From the NCBI RefSeq assembly GCF_004010195.1, contig NC_057718.1, positions 23,942,605-24,006,604 on the forward strand: a stretch of DNA of 64,000 bases, in the 5' to 3' direction. Under the pieces are notes generated by a model. It searched no databases, had not been told where the DNA came from, and saw nothing but the letters and a program-made list of their open reading frames with translations. The position numbers and the translations under genes are program-made. Position 1 is the stretch's first letter; every line of letters begins with the position of its first letter. Below are positions 13,181-24,469 of this stretch, piece after piece. Source of the stretch: Chiloscyllium plagiosum. Taxonomy: Eukaryota.

Positions 13181-14387
13181 GTGTTTATAGGTAGTTCATA
13201 ACTTCTCCCTCTTCCACCATTGTAATCATGAAATTAATTATCGAATTTAATGATGGATGGACAATAAATGCTAGCTCAGCCATTGCCATACCATGTCCCA
13301 CAAAGTTAATAAAAATTGAAGACCATCTATTTCCATCTTGGCATTGAGGACTCTGTTGAGTTACACTTCAGATCTTCCCTCTGAATGCCTTTGCTTGATA
13401 CTTGGTGGAATATTGTCTAGCTGAACCAAAAGGGAAATTGCAGGCTGCAGTATGGATATCTCCATTCTGTTCACCAGCTTTATGAATATTTAAATATAAC
13501 ATAGAATATCAATGAAACACATTGTGATGGATGGCTACAATGAATAGGAAGGGTTTAGAGAGTAGGGCCAAACACTGGCAAGTGGGACTAGGTTAATTTT
13601 GATATCTTGTCAGCATGGAGGTGTTAGACTGAAGGGGCTGTTTCTGTGCTGTACAAATCTGAGTCTTCGAAATATGGGACCAAATAGAATCAATGCTGGC
13701 TCTATGCAAAAGCAATTCATTTGGGGGAAAAGGCTGAAAAGTGACACTGCTTTCTTTTTGGGTAAAGATCCCTTTTATCTTGAAGTAGTGGTTGAATTTC
13801 TTTCATTGTGCACTTGAACAATTTTCCACACCCTAATTGTGCTTTGGTACACACAAATTCTTCTAAACAATGTTACTGCTTTTTTTTTAAACAGCTGATT
13901 TATGTTTTTATCCCAAATAGGAAACTGAACTTGGCCTTTACACAAACATCATCAGAAACAACCCTAGAAAACTTGTTTTGGATACAGATAACAAAGCATC
14001 AAAACTGCACCCTCTCTGTTACTTGAGAACTCATTGTTTAATCAGTCCTGATTAAACCAGAAAATCCCATTTCAACACTGCAGATGAACAGTCTCTACTG
14101 AGTGTGAATGTGTTGACATTCAGTGATATTGATAATTTCTAAAACTATCTTACAGACGTACAAACAAAACGTTAATATAATTGTAATAGCAACACCTTTT
14201 TTAATAGAGCAGGGGTCCACATCATCAGTACAAATAGGCCCCATGACCATGGCTGATTAATTACTACTACTTATTGTTTTTAATTTTAATGTTAAACCAT
14301 TAACTCGTCATTTGGTAATCTCATTTGAGGGGAGGATTATTTCCCCATTTACTCAGACCATTTTAGGATTTTGGATTATCAGTTTTT

Positions 14388-14706
14388 GGGCAAGACAGTG
14401 GCTCAGTGGTGAGCACTGCTGCCTCACAGTGCCAGAGACCTGGGTTTGATTCCAGCCTTGGGTGACTGTCTATCTGTGTAGAGTTTGCACATTCTCCCCG
14501 TGGGTGCTCCGGTTTTCTCCAACAATCCAAAGATGTGCAGGGTAGGTGAACTGGCCATGCTAAATTGTTCATAGTGTTCAGGGATACAGAGATTAGGTGC
14601 ATTAATCAGGGGTAAATATAGGGGAATGGGTTGGGTGGGTTACTCTTTTTGGAGGGTCGGTGTGGACTTGTTGGGCCAAAGGCCTGTTTCCACACTGTAG
14701 GGATTC
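14388..14706 (+). mobile_element. V-SINE family A
   Basis: Head gtggctcagtggtgagcactgctgcctcacag; tail ggcctgtttccacactgtagggattc. Confidence 0.92.
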
Positions 14707-15424
14707 AATTTAAAAAAAAAAATCTCCTCTCATTCTCCTCTTTCCCTTCAAGAGGAATAATCCCAACTCCTTCAATCTCTCTACATAACTAGAGACCTTC
14801 AGTCATGAAGTCATTCACCTGAATTTTTTTCTGCGTTCTCTCCAATACCTTCACAACCATTTTAAAGTGTGACAGCCACCAATGGGAGCAGTAATAAAAG
14901 CAACTGTTACAGATACTGGGAATGTGAGATGAACTCTCATCTGGCAACATCAGTGAACAGTGAAAAACCATTTCATGTTTTGTCTGGTATGATCCTGTTC
15001 AGATTTGAGACCAGTATTCTAGCTCCCGGTCGAATCAGGGTTATACAGTTTTATCATTTTCTTATTTTAGTACTTGCAGTTCACAGGATCCGGCATGCTA
15101 ACCAGTCTATCAACCAGCTCAGTCCCTTTTCTTTTCTCTTTTTTGTTAATTCATGCTCGTACAGTATATACTCAAATTCTTCTGGACTTGGACATTTTTT
15201 TGGTTTATATTGTCTCCTCTGTTACTCCTGCCAAAATCACTCCACGTTTCTTTGTTAAATTTAAGTCGGTCACTCATCTGTTCATTCCACCAACTTGTCA
15301 GTAATTTTTAAATTCTAAACTCTCTGTACATCCTAATGCTTCTAAGTTTTGTCATCCACCAACTCTTGCGATTTGTTCCATATAAACAAGCACAAGTAAT
15401 TTTAATACAGATAAAGGATAGCAA

Positions 15425-15545
15425 GCTCTAATGAAGAGTCATGTAGACTCAATATTAGCTCGTTTTCCCTCCTGACCTGTTGTGATCTCCAGTTTTTTTT
15501 CTTTGTTCTCAATACAGATTCCAGCATCTACAGTAATTTTGCTCT
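15425..15545 (+). mobile_element. PLE terminal-repeat fragment with decayed hammerhead motif
   Basis: ctaatgaagagtcatgtagactc (stem GAGTC/GACTC), followed by gattccagcatctacagt. Confidence 0.65.
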
Positions 15546-15759
15546 TATAAGAACAGCAAGAACCCTGACATTGATCCCTGGATGCTTCAGTTCAAAATAC
15601 AATAGTTCTCCATTACTGTGACTTACAACTAAGCTAATTTCATAGCCAAGTTGCAACCATTCTTTTTTTTTAAAAATTCCATGAACTTTAATCTTGCTCA
15701 AGTCTGTCCAATGTTATCACGTCTTTTTCGAAGTCTAGTGTACTTCACATCAATATAAT

Positions 15760-16708
15760 AGTGTATTGAGGGTAGGAGGTGCGAGATCGTGTTGTGGCTG
15801 TACAGGACATTTTTTTGGACTATTTTGTTCGATTCTGATTGCCTTTGCACAGGATAGTATAGTGAAACTTGAAAGGGTTTAGAAAAGTTTTACAAAAAAT
15901 GTTACCAGGGTTGAGGGGATTTGAGAAGCTTATTAGGTTTGTATGACACAGACATACACTTCCTTCTGACCAGTCCATGCCGAGCATAATCCCAAACTAA
16001 ACTAGTCCTGTCTGTCGCTCCTGAAACATATCCTCAAAATTCTTCTTATTCATGTACCTAACCAATTGTCTTTTAAACATTTGAAATTGTCCTCCCATCC
16101 ACCACTTCCTTAGGAAGTTCATTCTACGTACAAAAACCACCCTATGTGTAAAAGAATTTGCCTGCCATGTCTTATTTTTAAGTGCCTGTGTGTGTCTCCT
16201 TTTTTTTTTCCCCTGGAGCATCAGAGGCTGAGGAGTGACCTTTTATAGAAGTTTATTAGTTCATGAGGGGCACGGATAGGATGAATAGGCATGGTCTTTT
16301 CCCTGGGGTGCGGGAGTCCAGACCGATAGGGCATCTGTTTAAGGTGAGAGGGGAAAGATACAAAAGGGACCTAAGGAGCAATTTTTTTCATGCAGAGGGT
16401 GGTGCATTTATGGAATGAGCTGCCACAGGAAGTGGTAGAGGCTGGTACAATTACAGCATTTAAGACATCTGGATGGGTACATGAATAGGAAGGATTTCGA
16501 GCGATATAGGCCAAATGTTGGCAAATGGGACTAGATTAGGTTAGAGCTGAAAATGTGTTGCTGGAAAAGCGCAGCAGGTCAGGCAGCATCCAGGGAACAA
16601 GAGAATCGACGTTTCGGGCATAAGCCCTTCTTCAGGTTAGGTTAGGATATCTAGTCAGTATGGACGAGTTGGAGAGAAGGGTCTGTTTCTGTAGTGTACA
16701 TCTCTGAT
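15760..16708 (+). mobile_element. CR1 3' fragment containing an inverted CR1 tail (~15935-16200) and a PLE repeat (~16545-16636)
   Basis: Matches the 3' end of the 55149 CR1 copy. Confidence 0.85.
16601..16636 (-). ncRNA. Minimal hammerhead ribozyme motif (PLE family 1)
   Basis: Minus strand: CUGAAGA A GGGC UUAU GCCC GAAAC GUC gauucuc. Confidence 0.7.
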
Positions 16709-18489
16709 TTTACCTTCCTCTGCCTTGTCTGCTAGCTCATCAAAATAAACTTGAGAATAAAAATTAAATGCTACTTTTTCCCTTTAGTAATCTATGCTAG
16801 CTGCTCTTAAGAGTCAAAGGGCAAAATGTGAATTCATTATTTTATCTTAAATCATTGTTTCAAGAATGTTCCCCACTATTGAACTGTCCAAGAGATGGTA
16901 ACAGTAAATCAGGTGAAGACTGGTAATGGTAATATACTTCTCAGAGATTGAGAATATTTTGGTCTCCAGCAATTAAATAAGTAAGAAAATCTAGGGCATG
17001 GTTGGAAGAAAAAAGAACAGGCTAATGTCCTTGCAGTACATGTGAAATGTATCCTCTGAAAATCACTGGTCACCAGTTCAGCTAATGTGAAAATATTGAC
17101 TAGACCTGTGTAGCTTCTAATATTTCCCCCTTCTTATTCACTTTTTTTTGTTTAAAACTTGAACCTTGGATGGAAGTTAATTTTAAATCTTTTCATGTAA
17201 AGAAGACTGTTTCATTTTATTCTGTGAAGAAACACCGTGCAGGATAAGACATTTTGTAATTTCCAACTTTCAATTTCTGCTTCGAAAAGCTGTGAGATCT
17301 ATTTCAGCAGTCCAAGCACGATACTGCTTATTAGGTTTGCACATCTGCATATTTAAAATGCTGATTTTTTTTTTTTGTTCTTTAAAGGGCACTGACTTCA
17401 AGGCCGAACATTGTCTAAATTGTAATTTTACCATTAGCAGTATTTTGATTGACAGTTATCCTTTGTTCAAAGTGGAACCAGACTGCAAGCGTATTTACAG
17501 GACTCATTCATGATTTTCTATCCTTCCCATCCCCCACAGCCCCTCGGTGTCTGCTGTTAGATACAGACCCGTACAGGTGCTTCGGTGTCTGTAGCTTTTT
17601 TAAGCTTTGCAATCCACCTTGCCTCAGTCATTGATGTTTAAACTGAAAGCTTTTACATTTTGAGCAGTTTCTTGAGAGAGGGGGAAAACATGCATTTTTT
17701 TTTTTCGGTTCAAAAATTGCATCGTGCGTTCACGTTTCAAAACTATTGCGTCTTGTCTTGAGCAATCGTCTTTTAGATCAAGTGGATTTGTTGTTATTGC
17801 AGTAGGTTTCTGCTGGAAAGTCTTTTGTTATCCAGCACTAGTTTGGAAACGAACAGCCTCGGGGAAGATGAAACACTTGAAATGTTTAGGACTGGTGTCA
17901 ATCCGTGTTAGCAAAATGATGAGCACCAAACAGACTACACGTTTGCTGGAATAACAAGGAAGCTTATGATCCATTGATTTGTTGCTGCTCTGAGATTCGG
18001 GGAGTCTCAGCAGTCTGCTCTGATGTCCCTGGGGAACCAGACATCCTTTTGGGCTGCAAGCTGTTTCTATGGGAACAGAAACTATAGATGCAATACTTTT
18101 TTTAAAATCTTTTTCTATTTATAAACTAATTTCTGCAGTGTGTAATTAATCCTTTTACATTTCTCTTGCCCCTCCCCACTCTCTCTCCTTCTAGAAGAAC
18201 AATTGCAGTGTTTCAAAGCTTCAGCTGTGGGTAGATTTGCATTCTCTTGTGCCTGTGATGGATTTTCTCCCTCTGTCTTATTAAAAAAAAGAGTGCACAA
18301 TGAAAGCCATTCACACGATTGAGAAGCTAACAGACAACATCACGGAGAAGTGCTTCCTGCCTTGTGTGGGGAAGGCGGCCGAGCTGCTAGCTCACAGACC
18401 AGGCAAGGGGGCGAGCTGCACTGAGCATGTCTCAGAGGAGGGGACCACATTATGCAAAGAGACTGCAACAGCAGATGGGAGAATCTCCA

Positions 18490-19330
18490 ACACCGAGCTC
18501 GCGTTTGTTCTCTCCGCATCCCCGGGCGCAGCAGCAGATGCTGGAGGCTGCAGGCGGGACGTCGGGCATGGCTTGAGGGCGAAGGGCTGCTGGCCATTCG
18601 CTAACATGGGCAACCAGGACGGCAAGCTGAGGAAGGCGGCGGCGGCGGCGGGAGCTGGGGACGGCCAGGAATGGGCGGAGGATGCTCTCTCCCGGGATGC
18701 TGCGGAGAGCGCCAAGGGCAGGAAATCTCACCCCAAGCACGGCAAGGGGGGCGAGGGCAGGAAGAAGAAATCCGAGTCCTCCCGCTCGGTCTTCTCCATC
18801 AGGAAGAGAAAAGCCCCGGCCCGGGGTAAAAATGAGGCCTGCGGCTCCCGGGATGATGCTGATGCTGAGGGGCTGGCCAGGCGGGCCCTTGCGAGCGAGG
18901 AGCTGGACAGCGTCCACTCGGCGACAAAGACTCCGGACATCAGCATCTCTGCGGATGATGAAGGGGGGCTGACCGACACCGAGGCCGAGCAGCTGGACAT
19001 CCGGGCCGGGGAGAGCTTGCGGGCGGGCTCCCTGCTCCGGGACGCCGGGCAGCGGGGGCTGCTGAGCTCCAGCTCGGACACGGACGGCTACAGCTTCCAC
19101 TCGGCGGCGGAACACGAGGACCTGCTGTCGGACATCCAGCACGCCATCGGGCTGCAGCTCAGCCCCTTCCCGGCGGAGAGGCAGCCCCCGCGGGGGCTGG
19201 AGGAACCATCAGAGGCTGTTGCTAGTCCGCGCCCAGGTGGAGAGGATGCTGCCGCCGCCGCCAGGGGGCGTGGCTCTTCCCCGGGCCTCTCCCCTGTTCA
19301 GAGCCTCGGGGGAGATGCGGAGAGGCAGAG
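18490..19330. promoter_or_regulatory. CpG-island-like GC-rich segment over the 5' half of FMN2 exon 1
   Basis: Abrupt rise in GC and CpG density relative to the AT-rich, CpG-poor flanks (judged by eye). Confidence 0.75.
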
Positions 19331-19968
19331 GAGGGTTTCCATGGAAACTGCTTCCGAGGTACCGGCAGCTCCTGCCTCTATCAATGGAGTAGAGCATCCT
19401 CCAGCCTGCCCCACAGATGGGTCCACTTCAGCCTTGACAGATGCTGATCAGAGCGAGCTTCAGGAGGAGGATGGAGGCGACCTGCTGCCATCTGATGCTG
19501 AAGTCTTCCTTGACGCCATCCATAGTGCCCGCCGCATCCTCTTCCCCACCCCGAGCACTGACGCATTCCGGCAACACAAACCCTTCCCGGGCTCCTCACC
19601 GGCTGCAGTCAGGCCGTACCCACCGGTCAATGCCATCTTCGTGAGGACCACCACCAGGCAACTGAGTTCCCCAAGTCACTCGCCCTCCGCGTCCCCATCG
19701 CAGAGTCCCTTGTTCCAGAGGCGCCGTCGAGCCGCTGACCTGAAGCGGAGCAGCGGCCAGCGCCGGCAGCAGAGGCTGCCCAGTGCCAGGGGTTCACTCA
19801 GCCGCTCCGCTGATTGGACTGAGGAGGTGAAACCACGCAGGGAAGGGGCTATCAAGAAGGCAGGCTCCGTGGATACTTTACAACAGTCCGAATCCCCTGC
19901 AATTCCATTTGTGGGACCTGTAAAGAGACCTTCTCTCTCTGCCAGCAGCTACCCTGAGATCTTCACTG
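18606..19968 (+). CDS. FMN2: Formin-2, first coding exon (454 codons + 1 nt, phase-1 donor)
   Basis: Begins MGNQDGKL in strong Kozak context (aacATGg). Contains blocks recognisable from vertebrate FMN2: ELDSVHS-ATKTPDISISAD, SSSSDTDGYSFHSAAEHEDLLSDIQHAI, TTTRQLSSPSHSPSASPSQSP, SLSRSADWTEE. Ends IFTG at ACTG|GTAAG (GT at 19969). The ORF-track stop at 19988 is intronic read-through. Confidence 0.93.
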
Positions 19969-20164
19969 GTAAGTTTTTTGATTTTTAAAAAAATTCCACT
20001 GTCCCATCAATTTCACTTGCACCATGTTTTGAAGTCTGCCTCCAGAGTGCAACTGTTTTCTCTGTTTTCTCTGTTTCTCTGCTCGAGAGTTCACTAGCCA
20101 TGCAATAATCGGGAATTTTCAATCTCAAAATTGATACCACTTTCCTTAAAAATAAATCATCACC

Positions 20165-20356
20165 CCGCCCCCAATTCAATACCAGATTTTTCCCACAGTT
20201 AATCCATCTAGCCTGCACATCCATGGATGCGATGGGTAGCTTGAAGCATGGCCAGTCCACCTAATCTGGACAGGAAACTGAACAGACACCCAAGGCTGGA
20301 ATCGAACCTGGGTCCCTGGTGCTGTGAGGCTGCAGTGCCATGCACTGAGCTGCCCC
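20165..20356 (-). mobile_element. V-SINE family A, internally deleted
   Basis: ggctggaatcgaacctgggtccctggtgctgtgaggc head. Confidence 0.8.
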
Positions 20357-20384
20357 ATTTTCATGGTTATTTATCATTTGTGAG

Positions 20385-20572
20385 AGATGACAAAAAAACT
20401 GCGGATGCTGGAATCCAAAGTAGACTGGCAGGAGGCTGGAAGAACACAGCAACTCGGTATGTTGAGAAGTTGGCATTTTGCGTGTAACCTTTCTTCACCC
20501 TACACCCAAAACATTGACTTCTCCACCTCCTGATACAGCCTGGCTTGCTGTGTTCTTCCAGCCTCCTGTCCT
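20385..20572. mobile_element. Penelope-derived hairpin element (family 4)
   Basis: Perfect 24-bp inverted repeat at 20429-20452 and 20545-20568; starts aaaactgcggatgctggaatc. Confidence 0.8.
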
Positions 20573-21859
20573 TCATCTTTTGTAAGAGAGAACATGTTGA
20601 TTTGGACTGGATTTAATGAGGGGGTTTGAAGGTGAGGCTTAAAGTCCTGACTCGCACCTTGCTGCCCTAATGGCAAGTCTTGGGGGAGACTCATGCCAAG
20701 CAGTCCATACATTGACCAGCTAGACCAGATAAGAGTAGTCATTTCCTCCCATAAACCAGATGGGTTTCATGCTTAATTTTCTAAAGGCCAGATTCAACTA
20801 TCTGCCATGGTCAGATTGGAACATTTATTCCCAGAACATTACCTGGGGCTCTGGATTATTAGCAGCAATATCACAAGGCCATCTCGGGAGATTCCAAGTG
20901 ATCCAGAATGTCTGAAGTGCTGGTGAGCTTCTGAGGTGGCACTTCCTAGTTTAGATTTGTGGAGGTTCCATCACCTGTCTGTTTAACATTCAATCCTTTC
21001 AGCATCCCCCTCATTTTCCCCCCGAACACTCAATTCCAAACTTCTTTAAGCCAGCGTGGTGGGAGTGGGTGGGAGTGGCTGCTCTGAATCAGACACCCTG
21101 TGCAAATCAGCTTTATCTCCCAACTGCAAGCCTTTTTTATATAAAAAAAACACTCCATAATTTATGGATGATTTTAAACCTGAAGAACTTGGTGATTTGC
21201 CTAATGTAAGAATTGATTTTTAACCTAGGTTTGGGGGTGGGGGTGCTATAGGCATATCAGGGGAGTGTAGGTGAGATATTTGCCTCAAAGTAAAGATGAC
21301 TTAACATTACTTTTATGTTTTGCTTAACCACCTTGAATTCTGATTCCTCAAAATTTGTTTAATATCTCACTATATATTACAAAGAAACACTTTTAAATTT
21401 CAAGTGTTTTGTAGCTACATTATCTCCTGAAGATCATCTGTGATCCACTTATACATGGTACATTTTGCTCAATGAATTCAATGTTGGACACCACTGAAGG
21501 TACTTTGCTGAGTTGAGCTGTAATTTGCAACACCACTAAGGCTATTGATGTGAATTTTCTGTGAAAAATGTAAAATTTGGCTTACTTACACTCAATCCAA
21601 ACCCATTACGCATCCTTCAGGATATTTAAATGGAGTGTTTAAAAATATTAATGAAAGTCTTAAATTTGATGTGAAATCTTGTAAAGCATTTAAGCATAAT
21701 AAATGTAGCAGTTTTGGTGTGACCTTGAACCCAGCAAAACCGAAGGTGCATTCCAGCTTTCATTTGCATTTACTTTAAATCAAGATATTGCAGTCATTTA
21801 ACTAAACCAATTTTTCTTGTGTTAGTTGGAATCTTTCCTAATCAATTTATATTTGGATC

Positions 21860-22205
21860 ACATGGGGGGGTTTGACCATCATGGCTTACAAAGGGTGGAT
21901 GCTGGGAAATTGTTTTCCTCAGGCAGGGATACTAGGACTCATGGGCACAGCCTTCGAAGTAGAGGGGGTCAATTTAGAATGGAAATGAGGAGACATTTCA
22001 GCCAGAGAGTGGTAAGTCTGTAGAATTCACTGCCACGGAGCACAGTGGAGGCCGGGATGTTAAATATCTCCAAGGTAGAGATTGATAAATTATTTATCTC
22101 GCAAGGAATTAAGGGATATGGGGAGAATGCGGGTAAGTGGCATTGAATGGCGGAGTGGATTCGAGGGGCTGAATGGCCTTAATTCCACTCCTACTTCTTG
22201 TGGCC
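21860..22205 (+). mobile_element. CR1-type LINE 3' end
   Basis: TRTHGHSL...FRMEMRRHFSQRVV C-terminal motif and ggctgaatggcct tail. Confidence 0.85.
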
Positions 22206-22599
22206 TTATCTTTGTTTGTGGGAGGAGAAAGATTTTGGTATCTGACAGTGGGTAGGTCATTTAACTGTTTGCAAGTTGGCCTGAGATTCCTCCTTAGGAT
22301 GGTTGTGGGGCCTGCAGAAAGGTGTTAACTCCTGTTATCAAATTAGCATCCAGGCTACAGTTAGGATGGGGTTTGGTGGCTACAGTCACTTGACATCCTA
22401 CAAGCCGTTTGCCCAGGTTTGATCTGCTGGATTCTGAATAGTAACTAAGACATTTCAAAGGATGGATTTGTGTCTCAGTCACATCAACAAAAGCTTAATG
22501 ATCTTGGTGGGGAAAAAAGAGAAATATCTTGCCATGCTAGAGGAACAAATAACTCAAATGCTTCATATGGAATGAATTTGCTTTGAAATGAGGATATAT

Positions 22600-24360
22600 C
22601 GGTAAACAACTCTGAACTTGAATATGACTAATGTTGTGCCCTTATTGAAGCAAAGCTAGAAGGTAAAGCAAGAGAACTGCAGACTGGTGAGCCTGATGCC
22701 ATTGCTGGGTATGTTGTTAGAGGAGATCCTGAGCAACAGGATCTACATTTATAAAAGGCTGGGACGTTTTGCCCTGGGGCATAGGAGGCGATCTTATAGA
22801 AGTTTATAATCTAATGAAAGGTCCAGGTGGAGTTAATGGTAGTGATCTTTACCCTAGGATGATGAACTTCAAGACTAGGGTGCAACTTTTTTTTTGCGGC
22901 GAGCTATTTTAAAAAACACGTGATGGGCAATATTTTTACGTTTGATTTGCATGTGGAATGAACTTTCTGAGGAAGTGGTGGATATGGCCACAGTTACAAT
23001 GTTTTAAACGATCTTTTCGAAAAGTATATGAAAAGGTAAGATTTGGAGGGGTATGGGCCAGGAGCAGGCAGGTGGGGGCTAGTTTAGTTTGGGATCATGG
23101 TTGCTGTGAACAGGTTGGACCGAAGGTTCTGTTTCCATCCTGAATGACTCTGATTGATGACTTTACACATGAGAAATCATATTTCCCTAACTTGATTGAG
23201 TTTTTTTAAAGAAGTAACCAAGAAGATAAATGAAGGCAGTGTGGGTGACGTTGTCTCTACATGGACTTTAGCAAGGCCTTCAACAACGTATCACACAGAA
23301 GACTGTTAGGTCACATTGGATCCAGGGAGAGCTAGCCAATTAGATACAAAATTAGCTTGATGATAAGAGACAAAGGGTAGTGGTAAAGCATTGTTTCACA
23401 GACTGGAGACCTGTGATCACCAGCATGCTGCAAGGATTGGTGCTGGGTCCATTGTTGTTCATCACTTGTAAACAGTTTGGATGAGAATATAGGATGCATG
23501 GTAAACAAGTTTGTCAATGACATCAAAATTGCTGGTTTGGTGGACAGAGAAGAAGGTTATCTAAGGTTACAAACTGATCTTGATCAGTTGGGTCAGTGAG
23601 TCGAGGAGTGACAGATGGAGTTTAATTCAGAGAAATCTGACGTGTTGAATTTCAGTAAGAAAAACAAGGGCAGGACTTGCATAGTTGATTGTAGGGCCCC
23701 GGAGTGCGTTGCTGCCTAGAGAAACCTAGGGGTACGTAGGTTCCTTGAAAGTGGCCTCACTGGTAGCCAGGGTGATGAAGAAGGCATTTAGTATATTTGC
23801 CATCATTGTTCAGAGCGTTCAGTATAGGAGTCAGGACATCATGTTACAGCTGTATTGCCATTGATAAGGCCATATTTGGAGTGCTGTGAACAATTCTGGC
23901 CACCCTGCTACAGGAATAATTTCAAACTGGAAAGGGTACAAAAAAGACTTAGAAGGATATTAGAGACTGGAAGGTTTGAGCTCTGAGAGGCTGGAACTTT
24001 TTAACCCTGGAGCATTGGAGGACAAGGGGTGACCTTGTAGAGATTTATAAAAGCATGAGAGGCATAGATAAGGTGAATTTCCAAGGTCTTTTTTCCCCAG
24101 GGATAAGGGAGTCCAAAACTAGTGGTCATAGGTTTAAGGTGAGAGCGGAAGGGACCTGAGAGGCAACATTTTCACACAGGGTGATGCATTTTTGAACAAA
24201 CTGCCAGAGGAAGTGGTGGGGCACGTATAATCACAACATTTAAAAGACAATTGGACAGACACAGATAGGAAATGTTTGGCAGCATATGGTCCAAATGCAG
24301 GTAAATGGACTAGTTCAATTTAGAAACCTAGTTCGCAAGGATGACTTGGCCAAAGGGCGG
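22600..24360 (+). mobile_element. Degraded CR1 RT and 3' region mosaic
   Basis: YMDFSKAF, QGxVLGP, KFxxD and LECCxQFW remnants. Confidence 0.85.
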
Positions 24361-24469
24361 GGGTGTGTTTTGTGTGTTTCGGGAGAGAGGAATCCTTTCT
24401 TGCCAAATCTCTGGGCTTCTACCTTTTTTTTTCCTTTGAATTCAATCTGTGGCCTGTTTATTGACCCTT

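Noticed and set aside
12773..13190. ORFs over 100 aa here and at 14869, 51833 and 63302
   Set aside because: They overlap repeats or have non-coding-like composition; likely chance ORFs.
18340..19654. Overlapping alternative-frame and antisense ORFs (up to 230 aa) across FMN2 exon 1
   Set aside because: Expected shadow ORFs in GC-rich coding DNA; no recognisable protein features.
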